This document shows, piece after piece, positions 1 through 8,658 of a DNA stretch of 24,071 bases. The notes beneath the pieces are model-generated. The model made no database searches. It was given only the letters and a program-made list of their open reading frames with translations, and was not told the DNA's origin. Numbering within the stretch: position 1 is the stretch's first letter; each line of letters opens with the position of its first letter. Source of the stretch: a virus (taxonomy: Duplodnaviria > Caudoviricetes); the IMG/VR virus record IMGVR_UViG_3300016478_000256, positions 1 through 24,071 of that record. One strand, written 5' to 3'. Position numbers and translations under genes: made by a program.

Positions 1-2
1 AG

Positions 3-1649
3 AACACCGGCTATCTTAACGAATACGCACGCGTGTGGATGCTTGATTTCTTCCCTTCGCGTGACAAATACATCTACGAAGACAACGCGATCCGCAAGAT
101 CGTAGTAACCGACAGTGATGTTAAGTACGTTAGCAGCGACCTGCCAAGCGCGTACAGTTTCTCTTATAAATTTGCCGACAAAACCCGATACCTGAATCTT
201 ATCAGGAACGAATCCGAGCTACCGGCCAACCTGGTTGTTCCTAATCTGGACGCGCCGGATTTTATTTTTCCCCCTCGGCTCTCTGAGCTTCCTCGGATTC
301 TATTGACCGAGGGGGTCCTTATTCCAGCCTTCGACCCTAACAGCCCAACCGCCACTGTCACAACCTTCGGCGAGATAAAGCAGGTAATAGTCGAAGCTGT
401 ATTGGCTTCTCTTCCTACAACTGGAGAGACTCCAGGTTCTGGCACGCTGGTTGTCTTGCTGCCCAGCACAGACGATATAACCGAAGCTACGGACATTAAT
501 GTGTTTACTGCCCGCAGAACGATGGACGAAATTGCCAAGGCTATAGACAATCTTACGACAGGTCTGTCAAACAAATACCTACGCAAAGACATTCCAGACT
601 CCGCCAAAGAAAAGATCACCTTCGAAAAAGGTCTGCAGATCGGACCGGCATTTGCGCCGGGGTACACCGGAACTGGAGGGAATATCGATGAAAAAGGGAA
701 TGCAGAGCTTGAATCGCTTACCTTAAGGAAATTCTTAGAGGTTCCGGAATTACGGTTTAATCGAGTTGATGTTAACGTTGGAGATAAGTGGAGGGCTCCA
801 GGCGGTGGGTTGATCGAATTGGTTGATCCGGTTGCACAAATTGTGACTCTTAAATTGGAGGATGGCGAGATAGGGGCTATTGCGCTGGATGATATCTGTA
901 TGGGTATATTTCATTTTGAAACAGGAAACTCCCTGGCAGACCTTGACGACAGTAAGGGTAACAGGGCCTATGCTGGTTTTTCAACCTGCTATTTTCGGGT
1001 TACAGAGATCATCGAATTGGGTGATAATAGTCGGTTTCGCTATGCCTTGCGGCCGGTAGACGGCAATTATACAGCACAAGTACATCCTATGCCTGGGATG
1101 CACTTTGTTTCGTACGGTAATTTCACCAATGCAAACAGGCAGACATCTTGTTATGAGACACGTACCTATCAGCGTTATCTTACTAAGGTTAACGGCTGGG
1201 AGTATGGAGTTAATAACATTGCAGCCCAATTTGGCGACCTTACGAACCTTTCCATTCATGGGTTACAGATGGAGGGCTATTCTGCCTATCTGAACAACAT
1301 CTATATGTCCGGAACGATCCAGCAGTTCGAACTGCTGCAGCCGCTTCGGATGGAGATAAGCAGCTCGATGGGCGACATGCTTGCGGAAGGTGAATCTACT
1401 GTTATAGACGTGGAAGTATACAAGGGGTGGGTTAATCTTACGGCTGATGTACAGTCGTGGGTGTGGACGCGTGATAGTGGAAGTGGTGCGGATGATCTGG
1501 TATGGAATCAGGCACACGCAGGGCTTACATCAAATGCAACGTTATCTTACGATGATATGGGATCGGCGGTGGATACGAATGTTTCCTGTCTATTCCATGT
1601 AACAGCGACAATTAGTGAAGAAACAATACAAGCAACAATAACGTTATGA
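3..1649 (+). CDS. Phage tail/structural protein, 5'-truncated by the window edge
   Basis: The frame is open from base 3 (NTGYLNEYARVW...), so the GTG at 33 is probably not the real start. It contains a YLRKD..D.A...ITFEKG / LEVPELRFNR segment seen in Bacteroidales phage tail proteins and a beta-rich C-terminus. The stop overlaps the next ATG (ATGA). Confidence 0.7.
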   Translation, partial: NTGYLNEYARVWMLDFFPSRDKYIYEDNAIRKIVVTDSDVKYVSSDLPSAYSFSYKFADKTRYLNLIRNESELPANLVVPNLDAPDFIFPPRLSELPRILLTEGVLIPAFDPNSPTATVTTFGEIKQVIVEAVLASLPTTGETPGSGTLVVLLPSTDDITEATDINVFTARRTMDEIAKAIDNLTTGLSNKYLRKDIPDSAKEKITFEKGLQIGPAFAPGYTGTGGNIDEKGNAELESLTLRKFLEVPELRFNRVDVNVGDKWRAPGGGLIELVDPVAQIVTLKLEDGEIGAIALDDICMGIFHFETGNSLADLDDSKGNRAYAGFSTCYFRVTEIIELGDNSRFRYALRPVDGNYTAQVHPMPGMHFVSYGNFTNANRQTSCYETRTYQRYLTKVNGWEYGVNNIAAQFGDLTNLSIHGLQMEGYSAYLNNIYMSGTIQQFELLQPLRMEISSSMGDMLAEGESTVIDVEVYKGWVNLTADVQSWVWTRDSGSGADDLVWNQAHAGLTSNATLSYDDMGSAVDTNVSCLFHVTATISEETIQATITL

Positions 1650-2752
1650 AAGTTGTACAAAAAAGAATAAGGAGGCAGTTTTCGCCACTGAGTGTGATCC
1701 CATACATACAGGTGTTGGGTAGCGCCCAGACGCAGGTGTTCCGGGCTGCCTCGCAATCTTACGAACCGAACCGAACGTTAACCCCAACGGTTATTCGCCC
1801 GGAGGTATCGGTATATGATCCAGATTTGGTATTTGAGAATGGAACAGCTAACAGAAAGCTTGGGTATATAAAATGGTATGTTAACGGGGTTGATGTTACG
1901 ACAACAGACGATTATCTAAATGGTCTGTATGCAATTGACCTTTCAGATTCAATAATGCGGGGTACATTGTCGGTAAAGAAAAATGTTTTGCCAGAAACCC
2001 GTGTAAAGCTTCGATTCGAGGCTATTCTTCCAGACACACGCACGGGACAGAATCTTACAGTTTCGATTGATAACATCCTGCTTACTACGCAGGATGTTGC
2101 GCCGGATAAGTGGACGGTAGAGCTGAACTGCCCAACAGAGGTACTGGTTAATCCGATTTCTATGACTGAGCAGCTTGTAATAACACCGAACCTGTTTCGT
2201 GGAACCGACCTGATTCCGCTCGCATCGAATGGTATATCATTTATGCTCTATTCAATGAACGGCACAAACCGGGTGCCAGTAACTACATACGAGCTTATTT
2301 CGATCGTGCAAGGAGTAGTCACCCTGGATCTTCGCCTTATTCAGAAAAAAGATTATCTGCTGAGCGTTATCTGGAATAATTCAATCGAGATTGCTTATGT
2401 TCAATTCTCGGTCATGCGGTACTACCCACATGTGAAAGCGGAGATGGTGGACTATGGAGACATACTGCCTAATCAGCAGGTGATCTATGCCATGGCGCTT
2501 GTGCATTCGCCAACAGGTGTTGTTGCTGATCCGGGCAAGTATTACACAATCGAATGGCACACAGTTTCTCCTTATGGCGATGTTACGCATAACCAGGGAG
2601 AGCTGGCTGAGATAGATGTGAATCGTTCCGGTATCGGTACGGGAGGTGTCGATATCTACTATACAATAGACGAGAAGGAAGCCATGAAGGTGGGAACAGA
2701 TTCGGCTGGCGAAGTATACACTGTTGATAACGAACCTATAATATTTAATTAA
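1646..2752 (+). CDS. Putative tail-associated protein with Ig-like beta domains (368 aa)
   Basis: Long beta-rich ORF translationally coupled within the tail operon; YEPNRTLTPTVIRPEV and KWYVNG segments. Confidence 0.6.
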   Translation: MKVVQKRIRRQFSPLSVIPYIQVLGSAQTQVFRAASQSYEPNRTLTPTVIRPEVSVYDPDLVFENGTANRKLGYIKWYVNGVDVTTTDDYLNGLYAIDLSDSIMRGTLSVKKNVLPETRVKLRFEAILPDTRTGQNLTVSIDNILLTTQDVAPDKWTVELNCPTEVLVNPISMTEQLVITPNLFRGTDLIPLASNGISFMLYSMNGTNRVPVTTYELISIVQGVVTLDLRLIQKKDYLLSVIWNNSIEIAYVQFSVMRYYPHVKAEMVDYGDILPNQQVIYAMALVHSPTGVVADPGKYYTIEWHTVSPYGDVTHNQGELAEIDVNRSGIGTGGVDIYYTIDEKEAMKVGTDSAGEVYTVDNEPIIFN

Positions 2753-2968
2753 ATGAAATACATAATAGCAGACATTGAACGGGTTAAGAGCTTGTGCGGC
2801 GTTGACCTGTATGCACGCCATAAATGCGGACCGAAAGTAATCCTTAACGAAAAAGATTTATCGTCCGTTCCTGGAGATACGATAGAAGAAAAAGTAATTA
2901 ATATTAACGGCTTGTTGCTGACTGAGAATGAAGCGGTAGCCGAACTTAATAAAAAAAGCTGGATATGA
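2753..2968 (+). CDS. Small hypothetical protein in tail operon (71 aa)
   Basis: Abuts the upstream stop (TAAATG) and overlaps the next start (ATGA). Confidence 0.65.
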   Translation: MKYIIADIERVKSLCGVDLYARHKCGPKVILNEKDLSSVPGDTIEEKVININGLLLTENEAVAELNKKSWI

Positions 2969-4029
2969 TAGAGGTAAAAGGTACGGCGGTGGTGCGCCGA
3001 TTGAGAAAAGGTGGTACGATCAACACCCGGCTAGACTGGGATAAGGACCTGTATCAGGGTATATCCGATGGCGGATGGGTGGTTAATCCGGATTGGACGG
3101 TTTCTGCGAACCAGCCTACGATAACGCCTGTGATCACGTCTTCCATCAAGGCTGGATTGCTGGCAATTGTTCCGGGCTCGGCCGTGTGGGTATACAACGA
3201 AGAGACGCTTGTTTTCGGCGGGGATGGTATTTGTACAGGATCTACATCTGGATCTACTGGGCAAGGTAAGTTTAAATTAAACCCAACCACGGGAGCATTG
3301 ACAATCATTGGCAATCTGGCAAGCCAGAGCAATACGAATGTAGACTCGTTACGGTTTCGTGCGGTCTGCAATGTTGGCTATGAGACACCCATAGGCGCAA
3401 GCGTGGATGTCCGTATCGAGCTGGTGGGAAAGAACTCGTATACGGGCGTAGTGGATACCACATCGAAGACGCTCAAGGAGACAGTAACTGATTCTATTAC
3501 TGCCACGGCACGTCTATCGCTTGGTATCGAAGCCGTAACCAGCTATAAGACGGAGTGGCTGAAAGGCCAAGCTGTTTTAAAGGCAAAGTCTACGGACAAG
3601 ACTTGCAACATTACACGGGCCGATGTTAATGCATCCCAGGTGTTTGTTTGCAATTTCTACGTAACCATCGACGGCGCGGACAAGCTGGTTAGCTCATACC
3701 AGTTCGTGATCTACGACAGTTCCGACCCATATGAGGTCGAAGCTATACCGCTAGGGAGTACCTATGTGGACGAAGACAGCCCAACGTCCGAGTGGAAAGC
3801 TGTCCTTCGAAGAAAGGCAGACAATTCCGTAATTAGCGGTGCTACATGGTCGCATGAGGCCTACAACTGCAGGGGTAAGCAGATTACGCTATCTACTGCA
3901 GCAGGTACAGCCCCGGATGGTAGCTATAAGATCACGATAAAGCTTGCAGATTCGGACCGAATCGAAGCTGGAGAGGCAATGGAGAACGGAGATATTACTT
4001 TTGCTTTTATCGCAAATTACAACTTATAA
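2965..4029 (+). CDS. Putative tail fibre/adaptor protein with Ig-like domains (354 aa)
   Basis: Thr/Ser/Gly/Val-rich beta protein with a PDWT...QPTITP motif, directly upstream of the DGR target. Confidence 0.6.
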   Translation: MIEVKGTAVVRRLRKGGTINTRLDWDKDLYQGISDGGWVVNPDWTVSANQPTITPVITSSIKAGLLAIVPGSAVWVYNEETLVFGGDGICTGSTSGSTGQGKFKLNPTTGALTIIGNLASQSNTNVDSLRFRAVCNVGYETPIGASVDVRIELVGKNSYTGVVDTTSKTLKETVTDSITATARLSLGIEAVTSYKTEWLKGQAVLKAKSTDKTCNITRADVNASQVFVCNFYVTIDGADKLVSSYQFVIYDSSDPYEVEAIPLGSTYVDEDSPTSEWKAVLRRKADNSVISGATWSHEAYNCRGKQITLSTAAGTAPDGSYKITIKLADSDRIEAGEAMENGDITFAFIANYNL

Positions 4030-4032
4030 TAT

Positions 4033-5271
4033 ATGAAAGATTTAGCAACAGTAGCTGCTGTATCGCAGCTTTTAAAAAGCCAAGGATTGCTCTGCGTGGT
4101 GAATGGCAGTGTGAAGCAGATCACGATGGAAAACCTTATGAATTCGATGAATGTAGGGCAATCTCAACTGCTTCGCCAGGTGGCCTGGGGTACATTCCTT
4201 GAAGAGAATAGCAACTGCCAGTGGTCGCAGATAGGCAACCTGCAGATGCGTGACCTCTATTATTCCACAGGTGGAAGGTATATGATGAAGAATGACGGGC
4301 GGGCGGCAAAAATGAACCGTCTTAACTCCGCCTACTTCGACGACGGCACCGAAGTAACAGACAATGCCGGCCACACAATGGTATACCGTCCTGAATTCTA
4401 TTACCTTGTAACCGAGGAAAACGGAAAGAAGATCCTCTGGCAATCCATGATCCCAATCGGAGGGAAGAAAGAGCCTGCACGCTGGATTGGAGCTTATAAA
4501 GGATCGTTTGAGGGATCGACTCTTGTGTCGAAACCGGGGCTCGATGTAAAGGGATCAATTACCATGTCTGCATTTTGGACTGCCGCTAAATTGAACGGGG
4601 TAGATTGGGGATTAATGAACTATCCAATGCAGCGTGGCGAGGTTATGCGCTTGTTAGGAAAGTATGCCAACACTAATGCACAGGCCATGATCGGGATTGG
4701 GTTGGATGGAACCGGTTCATCATACGACAATTGCCGGAATATCAAAACTGGACTTACTAAATCACTCGGAGATGCATCCGGGGCGGTTAATACAACGGAT
4801 GCTGTAGGTGCCACCGTTCAGCAAGTTTCGTTCGACGGAATAGAGGGTCTGTGGGGGCAAGTTTGGGAGTTCCGCCCGGGAATCGTATCCAACGGCGCTA
4901 CCGTATATATCTATGATGCCAACAAGGTGGCTAACGACAAGCCTCCCGTTGGGGTTGAGTATCGTACCCAGACGCGCATCATTGAATCGTACGGATCATA
5001 CATCGTTACCCAGCAGTTGGGAGAATTCTTCGATATCATACCCAAGACCATCGGTGGAGGGTCAACGTCCGGGTGGGCGGACGGCCATTGGTCTGCGACA
5101 GGTGGAGAGCTGTGGTTGTTTGGCGGGCATGCGACTTACGGTTCGCTCTGCGGTCTCTCGGCGGCGTCTGCGGATATCGTTTTCTCGTTTGCGTATTCGA
5201 CCGTCGGGGCTCGGCTTGCTTTTTATGGCGTTCCGAAAATCGTGACGGGTAAACAATTAATGTCAGTATAA
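4033..5271 (+). CDS. DGR target protein, putative receptor-binding tail protein with C-terminal C-type-lectin-like fold (412 aa)
   Basis: The C-terminus is encoded by the VR (LWLFGGHATYGSLCGLSAASADIVFSFAYSTVGARLAF). GIEGLWGQVWEF and GG...G..CG...GARL motifs are typical of CLec/FGE-type DGR targets. Confidence 0.9.
   Translation: MKDLATVAAVSQLLKSQGLLCVVNGSVKQITMENLMNSMNVGQSQLLRQVAWGTFLEENSNCQWSQIGNLQMRDLYYSTGGRYMMKNDGRAAKMNRLNSAYFDDGTEVTDNAGHTMVYRPEFYYLVTEENGKKILWQSMIPIGGKKEPARWIGAYKGSFEGSTLVSKPGLDVKGSITMSAFWTAAKLNGVDWGLMNYPMQRGEVMRLLGKYANTNAQAMIGIGLDGTGSSYDNCRNIKTGLTKSLGDASGAVNTTDAVGATVQQVSFDGIEGLWGQVWEFRPGIVSNGATVYIYDANKVANDKPPVGVEYRTQTRIIESYGSYIVTQQLGEFFDIIPKTIGGGSTSGWADGHWSATGGELWLFGGHATYGSLCGLSAASADIVFSFAYSTVGARLAFYGVPKIVTGKQLMSV
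5110..5226 (+). repeat. DGR variable repeat (VR) including the IMH region
   Basis: 117-bp ungapped match to 5334-5450 with 21 mismatches, 20 of them at TR adenines. Confidence 0.95.
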
Positions 5272-5314
5272 GCCAGCGTAAGCTGGCCAAAATCCCGGGG
5301 ATTATTTCCCCGGG
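5272..5314 (+). other. Two GC-rich hairpins downstream of the VR (candidate DGR homing cruciform)
   Basis: GCCAGC-GTAA-GCTGGC (5272-5287) and CCCGGGGA-TTATT-TCCCCGGG (5294-5314). Confidence 0.7.
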
Positions 5315-5333
5315 TTGGTAGATGGGGGTTAGC

Positions 5334-5450
5334 CTGTGGTTGTTTGGCGGGAATGCGAATAACGGTTCGATCTGCGGTCTCTCAGCGGCGAATGCGAATA
5401 ACGCTTTCTCGAATGCGAATTCGAACATCGGGGCTCAGCTAACTTATAAA
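5334..5450 (+). ncRNA. DGR template repeat (TR), part of the DGR RNA (likely about 5316-5570)
   Basis: Adenine-rich copy of the VR with nine AAY codons in the target reading frame, lying between target and RT and followed by a structured spacer. Confidence 0.93.
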
Positions 5451-5596
5451 GATATTACATAGCCCCCTGCACCATGCCACCGCATAAACGGGATGGCAGA
5501 AAACAAAGGCAGAAAAGACAATCGCGTCTTACGGTGTTGGTAGGTTGAATCTCGAAGGCTCCGGGCAAGTAAAAAAAGCAATATTGCAAAAATGAA

Positions 5597-6910
5597 ATGA
5601 AACGAAAAGGATATTTATATGATAAGATTTATGAATGGGACAACCTCGTTAAGGCTGACGAGGAGTCGAGCCGCGGCAAGAAGTCCGGCACTTACGGCGT
5701 GCGTATATACAGGGAAAACAGACTCGAAAACTTAAGGAGTTTACAGCAGATGCTTATCGATCGCACATTCTCTACATCAGAATACAAGCATATGGAGCTG
5801 CGTGTGGACAGCGGAAAGGTTCGAAAGATATCCAAGCTGCCCTACTTCCCGGACCGGATATTGCATCATGCCATTATGCAGGTTATAGGAGATACTCTCA
5901 TAAAAAACCTAATATATGACACCTACGCCTGCATAAAGGGGCGTGGAATCCACTTCGGTGTAGACAGGATAAAAAGAGCGCTGAACGATCTGGAAGGAAC
6001 GAAATGGTGCCTTAAGACTGATATCCACAAGTTCTATCCTTCCATCGATCACGATGCAACCATGGGAGATTTAAAGCGGATTTTTAAGGATAAGGACCTG
6101 CTTGCTTTGCTTGAAACCATTGTCCGGTCTGTTCCAGCCGGAGTGCCCATTGGGTCATATACCAGCCAGCTGTTGGCCAACATGGCGGTGAGCCGGCTGG
6201 ATCACTACATTAAGGAAGAACTGAAGGTGAAGTATTACTTCCGGTACTGTGACGATATGGTTTTTCTGGCTCCCACAAAGGGGGAGTTGAAGCGTGTTTT
6301 CGAAATCGTGCAGAAGAAACTGAATGAGGAGTTGAAGCTTGAGATTAACCCAAGTTGGGCCATATTCCCGGTTGGCGAAGAGAAAACAGGTGGAAGAACC
6401 ATCGACTTTCTTGGATATAGGTTTACGCACGAAAAAGTGTTGCTTCGAAAGGCCATGAAGCAGCGGTTCGCCAGCAAGGTGCACCGCATGAAGGAAGGCA
6501 AAAAGAAACAGCAGATGCTTGCAAGTTACAAAGGTTGGTGCATGCATGGAGATTGTAGAAACCTTTGGTATAAGATAACAGGAATGAAATCATTTAAAGA
6601 ACTTGGAATTAAGGTTGGTAACGTCGGCAAGGACGGAAAGCGATACTTCGATGTGGAAGTGGTTACGTTGATGGATATCCTCAATCAGGATATCATAATC
6701 AGGGATTTTGAAACAGACGTAAAAACAAAGAACGGAGGCGAACGATATGCCGTGCTGATAGAATTCCAGGGAAAGGAATGCAAGTTCATAACGAACAGCT
6801 ATAAGATTAAGGACATATTAGACCAGTGCAAGGATATGAATTACCTGCCATTTTCTTGCACGGTGAAGAGAAAAGCAGGTGGAACCAAGGTTGATTATTA
6901 TTTTGAATAA
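5597..6910 (+). CDS. DGR reverse transcriptase with ~108-aa C-terminal extension (437 aa)
   Basis: RT motifs DRILHHA, KTDIHKFYPSIDH, GVPIGSYTSQ (DGR-type GxxxSQ), YFRYCDD and IDFLGY; adjacent TR/VR pair. Confidence 0.95.
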   Translation: MKRKGYLYDKIYEWDNLVKADEESSRGKKSGTYGVRIYRENRLENLRSLQQMLIDRTFSTSEYKHMELRVDSGKVRKISKLPYFPDRILHHAIMQVIGDTLIKNLIYDTYACIKGRGIHFGVDRIKRALNDLEGTKWCLKTDIHKFYPSIDHDATMGDLKRIFKDKDLLALLETIVRSVPAGVPIGSYTSQLLANMAVSRLDHYIKEELKVKYYFRYCDDMVFLAPTKGELKRVFEIVQKKLNEELKLEINPSWAIFPVGEEKTGGRTIDFLGYRFTHEKVLLRKAMKQRFASKVHRMKEGKKKQQMLASYKGWCMHGDCRNLWYKITGMKSFKELGIKVGNVGKDGKRYFDVEVVTLMDILNQDIIIRDFETDVKTKNGGERYAVLIEFQGKECKFITNSYKIKDILDQCKDMNYLPFSCTVKRKAGGTKVDYYFE

Positions 6911-6912
6911 GT

Positions 6913-7275
6913 ATGAAAGTAATGTATGATTATTTGCCACCTCTTGTGATACGCGAGGGCGCAACCACCCGGATCTTCTTCGGGTTTCTTCCGGTTACCA
7001 TCCAAATGGGTGATGATACGATTGAAAAGTACGAAGGGTACAATGTAGACATGGTCGAGAGTGTAGACTACAATAGCATTGTGTCTGCAATAATCCGCGG
7101 GGAATACCCGGACGATCGAAAGGATGCCATCCTTTTAAACCGGGAGTTGGTGCGGGAAAACCCCGACCACCCGAAGGCTGCCGAGTATACGTCCGAATAC
7201 GAACAGCTGCAGGCCTGGCGTGCTACAGCTAAGGATGTAGCCTCAGAAGTGCTAACACAATTGATGTTGCCATGA
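6913..7275 (+). CDS. Hypothetical protein (120 aa), possible tail-fibre chaperone or DGR accessory factor
   Basis: Coupled to the RT stop and the next gene start. Acidic, with a helical C-terminus (IIRGEY..D..DAIL.N...EY..LQAWR..AK). Confidence 0.6.
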   Translation: MKVMYDYLPPLVIREGATTRIFFGFLPVTIQMGDDTIEKYEGYNVDMVESVDYNSIVSAIIRGEYPDDRKDAILLNRELVRENPDHPKAAEYTSEYEQLQAWRATAKDVASEVLTQLMLP

Positions 7276-8561
7276 AAGTAGTTGGGTATGGAGTGGTAAG
7301 GAGGCTTAAGAAGGGAGATAAAGGAGATCCCGGAGAAGACGGATACACCCTGCAGCTTACAAACATTGCGCACTCCGTTGCCTGCGACTCCTTTGGCACA
7401 GCAAATGATGGTGAACTTGGCCCATCCGGCAAGGCGATCACAACCGTAAATGTGTACAAAGGCGCTACAAAGCTGACGTATGGTTCAGGGTGGAGCTTCG
7501 ATGGAGCAAGTATGTCGTCTGCAGGTCTGATCTATGCCCAGCAGAGCGGACAGCCAACCCTGTACGTTAACAGCATGTCAGGAGACTCCGGACACGTAAC
7601 GATAGCTGTCAAAATTGGAACGGTTGTCCTTATCCAGAAGTGGATAATAACCAAGCAGAAGGACGGCCGAAGCGATATAGCCTCCCGTAAAGCTGCCTGG
7701 GTAACCGGAAAACAGTACTACAAGGGCCTGCGTGCCGAGCCGTATCTAGACTTTGTTAAGTACGAAAACCTGTGGTACATGTGCAAGGTATCCCATGTAT
7801 CCGGAACATTCACGACAGACCTGAATGCCGGCAAGTGGGCAGTAATGAACAACTTCGAAAATGTAGCTACAGACTTAATGCTTGCCCGCAAGATCCTTGC
7901 CGACGAAATCGATGCTGATAACCTTATAGCAAGGAACATGCGCACGGCCAACAGCGGCGCCCGTATGGAAGCCTTCGGATCTGAGCAGAACTTCTACAAC
8001 GAAAACGGCGTAAAGCAGATGCAGATCGGAATCGTGAACGGCAATGTAGTATTAACCTACTTCGCCCCCGATGGCTCCAAGCTGTACGACTTAGGCCCTG
8101 GCGGATTTAATTGGGGATCGATCAAGCCGGCAAGCTGGACTGAATACAAAGCAAAATCACTAAATCAGACCACTACGCCTACAATCTACGACGTTACCAG
8201 CAAGGTTTCGAATTGGAACTACAAAGAAGGGCCCATTGCCGGAGAGTTTTTTTATTCTTACTATGCAGGCGTAAATCCATCGATAACCGAAGCAGATAGA
8301 GCGAAGGAAAAATATATATATATGTACCAAAATCTTTCCGGTGGATACATCCCGAATGGGTGGTATCTCAATCCTGCAAGTCCTAGATTCGCGTCAGGAG
8401 AATACGCAAGTCAATGGAACGCAGATCCGAAGGTTCTGCGTAATCAAATCCTGAACTCAAAAAGCAGCCTCCGATACAGGCAGCTACTCTACTTCGTTGG
8501 AGGATTAGTTGCAGACGAAATGAAAGTCGCCTGGAACGACGGCGAAGCAGTTGATGTATAA
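7272..8561 (+). CDS. Second tail fibre/receptor-binding protein (429 aa)
   Basis: Short collagen-like GDKGDPGEDG and a W..G..Y....D.V.Y....Y.C...H.S segment resembling small carbohydrate-binding modules. Last gene of the operon. Confidence 0.65.
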   Translation: MKVVGYGVVRRLKKGDKGDPGEDGYTLQLTNIAHSVACDSFGTANDGELGPSGKAITTVNVYKGATKLTYGSGWSFDGASMSSAGLIYAQQSGQPTLYVNSMSGDSGHVTIAVKIGTVVLIQKWIITKQKDGRSDIASRKAAWVTGKQYYKGLRAEPYLDFVKYENLWYMCKVSHVSGTFTTDLNAGKWAVMNNFENVATDLMLARKILADEIDADNLIARNMRTANSGARMEAFGSEQNFYNENGVKQMQIGIVNGNVVLTYFAPDGSKLYDLGPGGFNWGSIKPASWTEYKAKSLNQTTTPTIYDVTSKVSNWNYKEGPIAGEFFYSYYAGVNPSITEADRAKEKYIYMYQNLSGGYIPNGWYLNPASPRFASGEYASQWNADPKVLRNQILNSKSSLRYRQLLYFVGGLVADEMKVAWNDGEAVDV

Positions 8562-8579
8562 ATAAGATTGCTTTTCATT

Positions 8580-8613
8580 AAAAAGGTCTGAGGATATTCC
8601 CCAGACCTTTTTT
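8580..8613. terminator. Bidirectional intrinsic terminator between the tail operon and integrase
   Basis: AAAAAGGTCTGAGGA-TAT-TCCCCAGACCTTTTTT: stem with A and T tracts on either side, between convergent genes. Confidence 0.85.
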
Positions 8614-8658
8614 GTATGTCCGTATGCCAGTATGTCGGAAAAAAAACAACACAGCATT

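Noticed and set aside
5322-5462. 46-codon ORF (MGVSLWLFGGNANNG...) spanning the TR in the VR frame
   Set aside because: A TR is stop-free in the VR frame by construction, and this ATG lacks an A-rich leader and lies in a predicted helix. No evidence of translation.
5597-6910. Group II intron or retron RT
   Set aside because: The GxxxSQ motif and the adenine-specific TR/VR pair indicate a DGR. No intron domain V or retron VTG motif was seen.
7272-8561. Second DGR target
   Set aside because: I found no similarity to the TR in this gene or elsewhere in the window by eye. Targets outside the window remain possible.
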